Virus record (IMG/VR): IMGVR_UViG_3300020156_000025
Coordinates: 1 to 64,000 of that record
DNA: 64,000 nt
Origin: a virus
Strand: one strand, 5' to 3'
The position numbers and the translations under genes are program-made. This document shows positions 9,932-18,561 of this stretch, one piece after another. The notes beneath the pieces were generated by a model, which saw nothing but the letters and a program-made list of their open reading frames with translations, did not search any database and was not told the DNA's origin. The stretch's first letter is position 1; each line of letters opens with the position of its first letter.

Positions 9932-10283
9932 CGAGGGGGAGGCCGAGCAAATCGACTTGGTGCCTGCGGAAGAGAAACCGGCCTCGCCTAAAGCGGTGAC
10001 ACCGCTGTGGAAGTGGGGGGCCATCGGATTGCTCACGTTGCTGGGCGGGGACAAGGGATTGGACCTGCACCGGTTCCTGAGCCATAACGAGACCAACCGG
10101 GATTGGCGGGAACCCTCGGGACTGGAAATCCATCTGGACTACCGGACGGGGGTTTACTACCTGTCGGGTCCCGACGGGGGACTGACGCCGCGCCTTGGCA
10201 CCGACGGGAAGCCGATGGTCAAGGAGGCGCACGCGATCGTTGAAAAGGTGCTAAAGAACGCCGCCGCCGGGTCCGAATTCTAA
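9912..10283 (+). CDS. hypothetical protein with a short hydrophobic segment
   Basis: LWKWGAIGLLTLLGG; stop overlaps the next start. Confidence 0.55.
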   Translation: MNNTTNDEGEAEQIDLVPAEEKPASPKAVTPLWKWGAIGLLTLLGGDKGLDLHRFLSHNETNRDWREPSGLEIHLDYRTGVYYLSGPDGGLTPRLGTDGKPMVKEAHAIVEKVLKNAAAGSEF

Positions 10284-10714
10284 TGCCTGTTAATACCGTG
10301 GAGGAAAACCGTCTGGTGTCTTTTGACAAACTCATGCTCCGTTTCCGCGAAGGGGGGAGTCTGGTGCTTTTGGCGGAGCTGCCGCCGGAGGACCAAGAAT
10401 TGGCGCTCGGTGCGGGGTGCGTCGCCCGCTTCCAAGGGGTGAGCTTCGTGTGGTTGCCGCCCTTGTCGGAAATCGACGCCGGGGAGGAGTTGCCGGAAGG
10501 AGGCGGAGGGCTTGATCCGGCGCTGTTCTTGCCGTTGCTGGAGATCTTGGACATGTCGATTGCCGAGGTGATCGCCGAGTCTCCGTCGGAGACACCGCGA
10601 TGGTGGCAGTTCAGGCGGAAACGCGCCCTGAGCGATCTGCGCAAGGGAATGGAAATCGCGAGGATGCTGGTGAAGGGGATTGCGGAGCGGAGCAAGGGGC
10701 TGGAGGGGGAATAG
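10283..10714 (+). CDS. hypothetical protein
   Basis: TAATG-coupled ORF. Confidence 0.55.
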   Translation: MPVNTVEENRLVSFDKLMLRFREGGSLVLLAELPPEDQELALGAGCVARFQGVSFVWLPPLSEIDAGEELPEGGGGLDPALFLPLLEILDMSIAEVIAESPSETPRWWQFRRKRALSDLRKGMEIARMLVKGIAERSKGLEGE

Positions 10715-10727
10715 AAGAAAACATTGC

Positions 10728-11267
10728 ATGCACAGGACCACGCCGGAGAGGATACTTGAAGCCTTGGGTGCACGGGGGGAGGCAACGTGCGCGGAATTGA
10801 TCGAAGCCATGCCGGATTTGAAACCGGGAAACATCCGGCGCGCCGTGTCGGTCATGTTCCTGAACCGGCGCATCGGAAGGATGCCGCACAAGGTTTGGAC
10901 CCCGGAGGGAAGGCAAGCGACGCAATGGACGCGCCCGGAACATCCGAGGTGCACGCTGTGCAGGGGGAAACGGAAGACGGGAAAGGGAGAGCGACATGAC
11001 CCGGCCAGACCGCCGAAGGGGCTGTGGACGAAGCCGGGACCGGGGAGGGAGGCCAGCCTGTGTCGTGCGCTGGAGGAGGAGCCCGCGGGCTTGACCCGGC
11101 AGGAACTGTCCGTCCGGACGGGATATTCGCCGATGCTGGTGTCGTGCGCGCTGGTGGCGCTGACATCGAAGGGGCTGGTGAAGAGGGGGACGGTGGACGT
11201 GATCACGGGCGGGCGCAAGGCAGCCCGGTGGTCGATTACCGCGAAGGGCCGGGAGGAGATGACGTGA
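10728..11267 (+). CDS. tandem winged-HTH DNA-binding protein
   Basis: Two wHTH-like units: ILEALGARGEATCAEL...IRRAV and GLTRQELSVRTGYS...LTSKGLVKR...WSITAKG. Confidence 0.6.
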   Translation: MHRTTPERILEALGARGEATCAELIEAMPDLKPGNIRRAVSVMFLNRRIGRMPHKVWTPEGRQATQWTRPEHPRCTLCRGKRKTGKGERHDPARPPKGLWTKPGPGREASLCRALEEEPAGLTRQELSVRTGYSPMLVSCALVALTSKGLVKRGTVDVITGGRKAARWSITAKGREEMT

Positions 11268-11815
11268 AGGGGACACGGCTGGTGGTGGCTAGCTGCGGGG
11301 AGGACGTGGCGTGGACGGAGGGGATGCCGGTGGACTCGGTGACGATCTATAACGCCGACCAGAAAAGGGAACTGCCCGGAAGTATCAGGGTGCCGAACGT
11401 GGCCCGCGAGGCGGGGATGTATGCCCGGCACATCCTGCGGAACTGGGACGATCTGGCGGAGGTGGAGGCGTTCGTGCAGGGGGACCCGTTCGACCATGTG
11501 AGTCCGACCGCCCTTGTTTCGCGCTTGCAGGCACCGATGAGGGCGGGGTTGACACCGCTGGGATACGTGCATCCGTTCCCGCACGGGTCGGGGCATCCGC
11601 ATATCGGATGGGCGAAGGGGTTGGCCTCGCGCACCCGCCTGCCCTTGCCGCCGCATTTCAACTGGGTGAGGGGGGCTCAGTTCAAGGTGACGAGGGAGGC
11701 CATAACGCGGAGGGGCAAGGGGTGGTGGCAGGGATGGTATTACGCCGTGATCGACGGGCACGAGTGGACGCCGTGGGGAGCGGAGAGGTTGTGGTGGTTG
11801 GTATTCGATCCTTGA
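11264..11815 (+). CDS. DUF3431-like (glycosyltransferase-associated) protein
   Basis: LVVA...EDVAW...IYN...PNVAREA..Y..HI..NWDDL....FVQGDPFDH...GAQF.V.RE.I...AERLW. Confidence 0.7.
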   Translation: MKGTRLVVASCGEDVAWTEGMPVDSVTIYNADQKRELPGSIRVPNVAREAGMYARHILRNWDDLAEVEAFVQGDPFDHVSPTALVSRLQAPMRAGLTPLGYVHPFPHGSGHPHIGWAKGLASRTRLPLPPHFNWVRGAQFKVTREAITRRGKGWWQGWYYAVIDGHEWTPWGAERLWWLVFDP

Positions 11816-11846
11816 CCGTCAAGCCCCCGGAAGGGTATTGGCGGGC

Positions 11847-12428
11847 ATGCAAGTGAACCGCGATAAAGGGGTGATCGTGTTGAACAATCCCCGGACGGGG
11901 GGGCCTTCGGTTGCTCGCCTGATGGGGTGCGCCCCGATCGATCCGGGGGCGGTGCATCTCACGTCGAAGGAGGCCCGGGCCTCGGTGTCCGCGGAGGAGT
12001 GGCGGGAGTGGACGAAGATCGTCACCGTGCGTGATCCGGTGGAGCGGTTCAGGTCAACGTGCGCGGCCCTCGGGGTGGAGCCGGGGCAGGCGCTGGAAAC
12101 TCTGGAAGCAACCCCGGTGGATGAATGGGACCGGGTGTGGGGGCATCAAGTGCGCTGGCTCGCGGGCAAGCTGGACGTGGTGCTGCTGACCCGGCATATC
12201 GCGAACTTCGCGAACCACGGGCAGTTCGGACGGGGCACGGTGCGCAGTAACGAGACCGGGGCTGGGAGAGCGGGAGGAACGACCCCGGGACTGGAGGAGA
12301 GGGTAAGGGCGCTGTATGCGGTGGACTATGCCAAGTTCGAGAAGCTCCGGCTGTGGCACCCCGACCCGGAGGTGGTCATGTTCGTGGGCGGGGAATGCGT
12401 GGCGTGCCGCGCGCAACGGAAGCGCTAA
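11847..12428 (+). CDS. sulfotransferase family 2-like protein
   Basis: NPRTGGPSV, VRDPVERFRS, HQVRWL, LYAVDYAKF. Confidence 0.65.
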   Translation: MQVNRDKGVIVLNNPRTGGPSVARLMGCAPIDPGAVHLTSKEARASVSAEEWREWTKIVTVRDPVERFRSTCAALGVEPGQALETLEATPVDEWDRVWGHQVRWLAGKLDVVLLTRHIANFANHGQFGRGTVRSNETGAGRAGGTTPGLEERVRALYAVDYAKFEKLRLWHPDPEVVMFVGGECVACRAQRKR

Positions 12429-12527
12429 AAGGGGCGGAGGTAACAGCCCGCCCTTGCCCGCGCTGGACACGATCCGCGGGGTGTGGCACAAAGGATTCGC
12501 AGCACACGTTCACGACATACCCACGCA

Positions 12528-13961
12528 ATGGCAATCTTCCCGTTCAAATCATTCCGCAAGCAGGCGTTGACCCTTGCCGACTTAAGCGATGCGGACAAGC
12601 GGGAGCTGTTCGGGCAGGCCGAACGCTCGCTGGCCGAACGCATGCCGGGGATCAAGGAGAGGCCCTTCATCGAAGCTCGTAACGGGGTGCCGATTTCCCG
12701 TCTCAAGGACTTCAACTCGTATCTTGAGGTCGGCTCGAAAAAGGTATGGGCTTCGTTCCGCGCCTGCCACCTGACCGCCAATATCCTAGTATCCGCGGAG
12801 ATGCAGGTGCTGAAGGTGAACAAGGACGGGGAGGCCGACGGTGATCCGCTGCCTACGAACGAATACCCGGGGTCGCTGCTGGTGTCGCCCAATCCTTACG
12901 ATTCGTGGGAGGAGATGGTCTACATGTGGACCTTCCACATGAAGCTGACCGGGAAGGCGTATTGGATGAAGGACGAATCGAACGCGCTGGGGCAGCCGAA
13001 GCACCTGTTCCCGTTGCTGCCGCAGTTCGTGGAGCTGGTGCCGGACCGGAAAACCAAGGTCAGGCATTACCAATACAAGGTCTCGGGGGAGACCCTGACC
13101 TTGAAGCCGGAGGAGGTGATCGAGTTCCGCAGGCCGCACCCTTCGTCGCTGATCCAAGGGCTCGGGGACGTGGAAGCGGGGACGGACCTGTTCCAGCTCT
13201 ACATGACCCGCAACACGCTGGAGGAGAGGTTCCTTGAAAACGGCGCGCAACCGTCGGGCATCCTGACCAAGAAGGATGTGGTCGAGGACGAGGACATGTG
13301 GACCATGCTCAAGAAGAAGTTCGACTCGGCGTATGCGGGGAAGAAGAACGCTGGCAAGACGGCGTTCCTGAACGGCGACTGGACCTATACCAAGATGGGC
13401 CTGTCGATGCAGGAAATGCAGGCTATCGAGCGGGAACGGTGGACGATCGAGCAGATTTTCCTGTGCCACGGCGTGCCCTTGTCGGTGGCCGGGCTGGAGT
13501 CGTCGGCCAACTATGCGACCGCCAAGCAGGACGAGATCAACTTCCGCAAATACGAATGCGTGCCGCTCTTGAACCTGCTGGTCGGGAAGCTGAACGGGGG
13601 ACGGACTCCGGACGGCAGCCCTCCGGTGAATCCGGGCTTGGCGTCCGTGTTCGGGGAAGACATCCGGTTCGATTACCGCTTGTCGGGACTGGTGGACGTG
13701 GAACAGGTGATGAAGGACTGGGCACCGCTGGTGCGCTTGGGCGGATTGACTCCGAACGAACTCCGCCGTCATGCGGGGATGGAGCCCGTGCAACAGCCGT
13801 TCCTCGACCAGTATTTCATCGAACAGGGGCTGGTGCCGATCGAGATGGCTGGTGCCTCGCAACCCGCGCCGGAGGAGGAGGCGAAGGGGATCGTGACGGG
13901 GACCGACCTCGGTGCCCGCGCCAAGATGCTCCGCAACCGCGCCAAGGGGTGCTGCCGGTGA
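12528..13961 (+). CDS. portal protein, HK97 family
   Basis: PNPY, LTGKAYW, LFPLLP, FLENGAQPSGIL, NAGKT, HGVP, LTPNELR. Confidence 0.93.
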   Translation: MAIFPFKSFRKQALTLADLSDADKRELFGQAERSLAERMPGIKERPFIEARNGVPISRLKDFNSYLEVGSKKVWASFRACHLTANILVSAEMQVLKVNKDGEADGDPLPTNEYPGSLLVSPNPYDSWEEMVYMWTFHMKLTGKAYWMKDESNALGQPKHLFPLLPQFVELVPDRKTKVRHYQYKVSGETLTLKPEEVIEFRRPHPSSLIQGLGDVEAGTDLFQLYMTRNTLEERFLENGAQPSGILTKKDVVEDEDMWTMLKKKFDSAYAGKKNAGKTAFLNGDWTYTKMGLSMQEMQAIERERWTIEQIFLCHGVPLSVAGLESSANYATAKQDEINFRKYECVPLLNLLVGKLNGGRTPDGSPPVNPGLASVFGEDIRFDYRLSGLVDVEQVMKDWAPLVRLGGLTPNELRRHAGMEPVQQPFLDQYFIEQGLVPIEMAGASQPAPEEEAKGIVTGTDLGARAKMLRNRAKGCCR

Positions 13962-14012
13962 TCCGTTTTGCACGCTTTGCAAAAACCTACCCTTACCCTG
14001 AGACGAAACGCC

Positions 14013-14717
14013 ATGATGGGTTCATTTTTCGATTGGTTGGCAGGATGGAACACCCGCCTTGAATCCATCGCGGGGGTGGGGGGTGCGCTGGGGGTGATCG
14101 CGCTGTGCTTTGCCAAGGTGCGGAGGGGGGTGATGGCGTTCTTCCGTTCGATCAAAACCAAGTGGGTCGCGCCGGACAAGGTGTTGCAGGAGATACGGCT
14201 CATGTCGGAGTATCAACGGGAGGCACGGAATGCAACCGTGTCCATATCCGATCGTTTGGCCTCGGTGGAACAGGAACTCCGCCCGTCGGGGAAACGTAGC
14301 ATGTCGCAGAACATTGCCGTGCTGATGGGGCAGCACAGGCATTCGTTCACGACACAGAACCGTCCGGCGTTCCAGTGCGACGTGAGCGGGAACAACCTGA
14401 TGGTGAGCGAAGCCTATTGCGTGCTGGTGGAAGCGACTTCGGAGGAGGACCTCGTGTCGCTGGGGTGGATGCAGTTCGTGTTCACCGAGGACGGGCCGGG
14501 GTTGCTGCAATCGTTCGTGGTGGCCGCGGCCAGCCGCTCGCCTTGGCGCGGGGTCGCGAGGCTGGTATCCAAGACGGGGACCAATCTCGGGAAGTGGGAG
14601 CTGCGGGCGGTGCCGATAGGCAAGAGGGACGACGGGGAGGCTCTGTATTCGGGGCACCTGTCGCCGCTGGATGAGATTGCCAAGACGGTCGCGGGAGAGT
14701 ATCGGTGGGCATGCTGA
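14013..14717 (+). CDS. membrane-anchored PAS-domain protein
   Basis: N-terminal TM (IAGVGGALGVIALCF), coiled segment, then FQCDVSGNNLMVSEAYC...EDLVSLGWMQFVFTED...RLVSKTG...RAVPI. Confidence 0.6.
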   Translation: MMGSFFDWLAGWNTRLESIAGVGGALGVIALCFAKVRRGVMAFFRSIKTKWVAPDKVLQEIRLMSEYQREARNATVSISDRLASVEQELRPSGKRSMSQNIAVLMGQHRHSFTTQNRPAFQCDVSGNNLMVSEAYCVLVEATSEEDLVSLGWMQFVFTEDGPGLLQSFVVAAASRSPWRGVARLVSKTGTNLGKWELRAVPIGKRDDGEALYSGHLSPLDEIAKTVAGEYRWAC

Positions 14718-16621
14718 TCCGTCGCAAGCGCCGCGTGGCGCACCGCTCTCCGGGACAACTCTTCGAGGCAATGCGGAAATCGCACGTGCCGGAGGGGGGG
14801 TGGACGATGCAGGAGTTCCGCTCGCGCAACGGGCTGTCGCTGGTGCGGGACATGGAACGGGTGCAGAAGGTGGCGCGTGCGAAGGGTGCGCGCATGACCG
14901 CCTCGAAGCTGCACGAGCTGATGCGCGGGCAGGTGTTGGGGGTGGTGAAGGAGTTCGAGCGGCTGCTGGCACGATCCTACGGGGGGGACGTGATTTACCG
15001 GAGGGGTATGTCGGTGCCGCACATGAAGGTGGTGGTGACGGTGGAACAACACGAGGGTCTATGGGCTCAGGCCATTGAAGCGGTGATGGCGGAACAGGAC
15101 CGTGCCGTGACCGCCCTTATGCGCCCGGCGATGCAGTCGGTGGCGGACGACGTGCTGGAGAAAACCGGGTTGCTGCTGACCGCGGAAAGGCCGAAGCCCG
15201 GGGCTCGGCGCGTGATGACCCACCGCGTGGACGACATGGCCCGGCAGGTGACGGGGATCAACGATACCACCCGCACGCGCCTTGCGCGCACGATCGCCCG
15301 GGGAATCGACGACGGGAAACACCCGTTCGAGGTGATGGCGCTGGTGCGGGACCGCGTGCCGGAGATCGCGACCAACCGGGTGCCCACGATCGTGCGGACC
15401 GAGATGGGGCGAGTGACCGATGCCGCGACGATCAGGGCGATGAAGGACAGCGAGGTGGTGACGCACGTTTCGGTGATGGGGTGCGAGGCGGTGGAGCCGG
15501 GAATCCCGACGTTCCGGGGGGTGCCGACGTGCAATATCAAAAATGTCCCGATCGAGTTTTCGGGGGACCTGCAATTCCACATAAACCATACGGGGAGTAT
15601 CGTGGCGTCGGGGTTCAAGGAGCAGACGGGACAGACGCCCCAGTTGCCGCTCAGGCCGGGGGGAGGGGTGGGGACATGGGAGGAAAACGGCTCGCCGGTT
15701 CCGGCGGTGATCGAGCAACCGGTGCCGGGTGCCCCGCCCGCGCCCCCGCGACCGCCCGCCCTTGACGATGACATCGCCATTCCCGTGCGCCGCCCGAGGG
15801 GGCACCTCGGTAGAAGAACCGCGCCGCTCACGGAGGAGGACGTGGACGTGGTGCTCGGGGCGATGACAGCCCAAGGAGGGAGGGTCGGGACGACGGGTAT
15901 TCCCGCGCAAGTGAGGCGTCAGCAGGTGCGTGACCTGACGGAAGCATTCGGGGTAACACCCGACGTGGTGATGGAGCGGGTGACGAGGACCGCCCGGACG
16001 ATCGCGGAAGGACTGGGAGCGAACGTCACCAGTTCGATCGTGCGCGTGACGCCTACGAGTTCGGCGTGGAACGTGAACGTGTATATGCGCGATCCCGAAA
16101 CCGGGAACACGTTGATGGAGATGACGCGCAAGGTGGACCCGGTGCTAAAGACCGCGGAGCATTCGTTTTTTCAGCTTAGGCGGCAGATGCAGGGGGGCGG
16201 TGCCGCGAAAGGCATGCTGTCCGACTTTCTGGACCTGTATGATCATGCCGGAATCGAGACGATCGAACTGGACGCGAATATCGACGTGGGCGGATACGCG
16301 TGGGCTCGCTACGGGTTCGTGCCGCGCTCGCAACGCGAGTGGGAGGCGCTGAGAGGTATCCTGCAAGAGCGGTTCGCGGGGATGGCCGACGACGGGTTGC
16401 TGAACACGTGGACGGACGAGCAGATCGACGTGGTTTCGATCGTCCTTGAGGCGGATGCCCCGGAGGCGATCCGTGCCGTGGCCGCGCTGCGCTTTCCGAC
16501 CGATGACGGGAACAATACCCCCGTGGGGAAAAAATTGCTGCTAGGGCGCTTCTGGAAGGGAAAACTTGAGCTTACCCATCCGGACACGTATGCTGTGTTC
16601 GCGTCCTACCTCGGGCGCTGA
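14711..16621 (+). CDS. MuF-family minor head protein with C-terminal GNAT-like extension
   Basis: GINDTTR...IVRTEMGR...HINHTG MuF core; Pro-rich linker; QGGGAAK...ELDANIDVGGYAWARYGF. Confidence 0.75.
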   Translation: MLIRRKRRVAHRSPGQLFEAMRKSHVPEGGWTMQEFRSRNGLSLVRDMERVQKVARAKGARMTASKLHELMRGQVLGVVKEFERLLARSYGGDVIYRRGMSVPHMKVVVTVEQHEGLWAQAIEAVMAEQDRAVTALMRPAMQSVADDVLEKTGLLLTAERPKPGARRVMTHRVDDMARQVTGINDTTRTRLARTIARGIDDGKHPFEVMALVRDRVPEIATNRVPTIVRTEMGRVTDAATIRAMKDSEVVTHVSVMGCEAVEPGIPTFRGVPTCNIKNVPIEFSGDLQFHINHTGSIVASGFKEQTGQTPQLPLRPGGGVGTWEENGSPVPAVIEQPVPGAPPAPPRPPALDDDIAIPVRRPRGHLGRRTAPLTEEDVDVVLGAMTAQGGRVGTTGIPAQVRRQQVRDLTEAFGVTPDVVMERVTRTARTIAEGLGANVTSSIVRVTPTSSAWNVNVYMRDPETGNTLMEMTRKVDPVLKTAEHSFFQLRRQMQGGGAAKGMLSDFLDLYDHAGIETIELDANIDVGGYAWARYGFVPRSQREWEALRGILQERFAGMADDGLLNTWTDEQIDVVSIVLEADAPEAIRAVAALRFPTDDGNNTPVGKKLLLGRFWKGKLELTHPDTYAVFASYLGR

Positions 16622-16628
16622 AACGATC

Positions 16629-16847
16629 ATGCCTGCGAAGCCCAAGGAAAGCCGCGAACTGTTCTCGACCAAACCGGAAACGGGAGGGAAGGAGGATGCA
16701 CACCTGCATGCGCCGTTGCTGGAAGAGGAGAACGGATCGTTGCTGGCGGACTCGCTGGCGATCGCCGCCGCCGTGCGGATGGGGGTGCCGGAAGCTGTCG
16801 CGATTGCCGCTATGGCTTCGCCGGAACACCTCGACCCGTCGGCGTAG
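16629..16847 (+). CDS. small hypothetical protein (candidate immunity partner of the MuF extension)
   Basis: 72-aa ORF starting 7 nt after the MuF stop. Confidence 0.45.
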   Translation: MPAKPKESRELFSTKPETGGKEDAHLHAPLLEEENGSLLADSLAIAAAVRMGVPEAVAIAAMASPEHLDPSA

Positions 16848-16884
16848 TTGACAGGAGAGGGGGAGTGGTGGCACTCTCCGCCGC

Positions 16885-17730
16885 ATGCCATTCCAAATTT
16901 TCAAGGGAGCCGTGCCGTCGGCCATCAAAGGGGTGCCGACGCAAGCCGAATTAGTGTCGCCCTTGAAAGGGAAGACGGTGTTTTTCCGCAATGCCGCCGG
17001 GGTGCTGATCGCGGGGCTGGTGGCGTCGCACGAGAAGGGTGCCAAGTATGCCGACGTGCGGCTTGCCGTGCCGTCTCCGGAAGGGGTGTTGATGGTGGGC
17101 AAGGACGCGGTGCCCGTGGAAGCCGGGCAATTGACCGTGAAGGACGCCGTGTTCGAGGAGCGCAAGCTGGCGGCGTGGACAAGCAACCGCGAGGTGGAAC
17201 TGGACGGGAAGGCACTCGCCGTGAAAGACAAGGAGACCGGGGTAATCACCGATTACAAACAGGTCATGTTCGCGGGTTACGGGTCCACGTTCGTCAATGT
17301 CACGGAGTCCGACCGGGTGGGGGACTACGTGCTGCCCGGAGCGTTCAAGGAGACGATCCGCGAATTCAAGAAGAACCCGGTAATGCTGGTCGATCACCGC
17401 AATTCCGTGCGCGAGATCGCGGGAAGTTACTCGGACATCCGCGAGGACGATGCCGGGTTGCGGCTCGTGGGGAAGGTGTCGGATGCGCCGGGGCTTACCG
17501 ATGTCCGTTTCTTGCTGATGGAAAGACACCTGCGCACCCTTAGCATGGGAGGTATATTCATCTACCTGCCCGACGGGCGGGGGATCGAGAAGGTGTATCT
17601 TTTCGAGGTGTCGCTGGTGGCGATTCCCGCCAATCCGGATGCGCTGATCGAGGCGCGCGGACTGGACGTGGAGACCGCCGGTAAGGCGTTCGAGTGGCAC
17701 GCCGCCGCGTTCAAGGGAGCCAAGGCATAG
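16885..17730 (+). CDS. prohead maturation protease (HK97 type) with N-terminal extension
   Basis: FAGYGSTF..D.VGD.VLPGAF, MLVDH, LSMGG, LFEVSLVAIPANP. Confidence 0.92.
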   Translation: MPFQIFKGAVPSAIKGVPTQAELVSPLKGKTVFFRNAAGVLIAGLVASHEKGAKYADVRLAVPSPEGVLMVGKDAVPVEAGQLTVKDAVFEERKLAAWTSNREVELDGKALAVKDKETGVITDYKQVMFAGYGSTFVNVTESDRVGDYVLPGAFKETIREFKKNPVMLVDHRNSVREIAGSYSDIREDDAGLRLVGKVSDAPGLTDVRFLLMERHLRTLSMGGIFIYLPDGRGIEKVYLFEVSLVAIPANPDALIEARGLDVETAGKAFEWHAAAFKGAKA

Positions 17731-18367
17731 GAGCGTTGGCCGTCCACACGGGGGGCGGAAGCACGCAGGGAATTTCACCCAAAAACGCGGCCCACCACGA
17801 ATAGGTGGAGTTCGCCATGACAAGGGAACGGGCGTTCGCCATCTCGACAAAGGCGTCGCCCGTTTCCATTTCCATCTCGGGAAGGATCGTGCGGGCGTAA
17901 GCGGTATCGTCGGTGAAGACCTTCACCCACTCGCCCGGGGCGTTCAGCATCTGGCGGCGATACCACTCGCCTAGGATCTCGGGGTATAGGTGGCGCTGAT
18001 TCTCGTAGTCGCCGCCGCGAATGTGGATCGCGCAAAGGTCGGGGTGGCGCTCGGGGGTCCAGAAACGGAACAGTTCGCGAATCTCGGCGGGATTGCTCCA
18101 GTAGGAGGGGTCCTGCCAGTAGCCGCGCAGGACCACGGAATGATTGCCGGGAACCTGCCCCTTGTGAATGCGCCGGTAGAAGGTGTCCGCGTAGGTGGCA
18201 GGGGGAAGTCCCTGCCCGGCGAACCACGGGAGGGAAAAATCCAGCATCAGTTGCGCGCCCATCCGCTGTGCGGTCTCGTAGGCGTGCGCGATCTGGAACA
18301 GTTGATTGCCGAGTCCGCCTTGCAGATGGGGGATCACGACGCCGCGGGAATGTGTCTGAGGTAGCAT
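17711..18367 (-). CDS. alpha-1,2-fucosyltransferase (GT11)
   Basis: GGLGNQLFQ, GYWQ, AIHIRGGDY, FTDD, ANSTYSWWAAFL; the only credible minus-strand gene. Confidence 0.88.
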   Translation of the reverse strand: MLPQTHSRGVVIPHLQGGLGNQLFQIAHAYETAQRMGAQLMLDFSLPWFAGQGLPPATYADTFYRRIHKGQVPGNHSVVLRGYWQDPSYWSNPAEIRELFRFWTPERHPDLCAIHIRGGDYENQRHLYPEILGEWYRRQMLNAPGEWVKVFTDDTAYARTILPEMEMETGDAFVEMANARSLVMANSTYSWWAAFLGEIPCVLPPPVWTANAPMPWLP

Positions 18368-18561
18368 GCGGGGGAGAGAATGACCCGAAGCGAACATTGA
18401 CTCAATCTATTTTGCAAACTGTGCATTTGGTTGACGAAGGTTGACGATTTGGGCAGAGTCCGCGCCAAGTTCACCTTGGCGAGACTTGAACCCGGTAGTG
18501 GAAGTAGGGTCGGAAGGCAGGGCGGGGCGACGCAAACCAAACCAACAATCCATCTAAAAAG

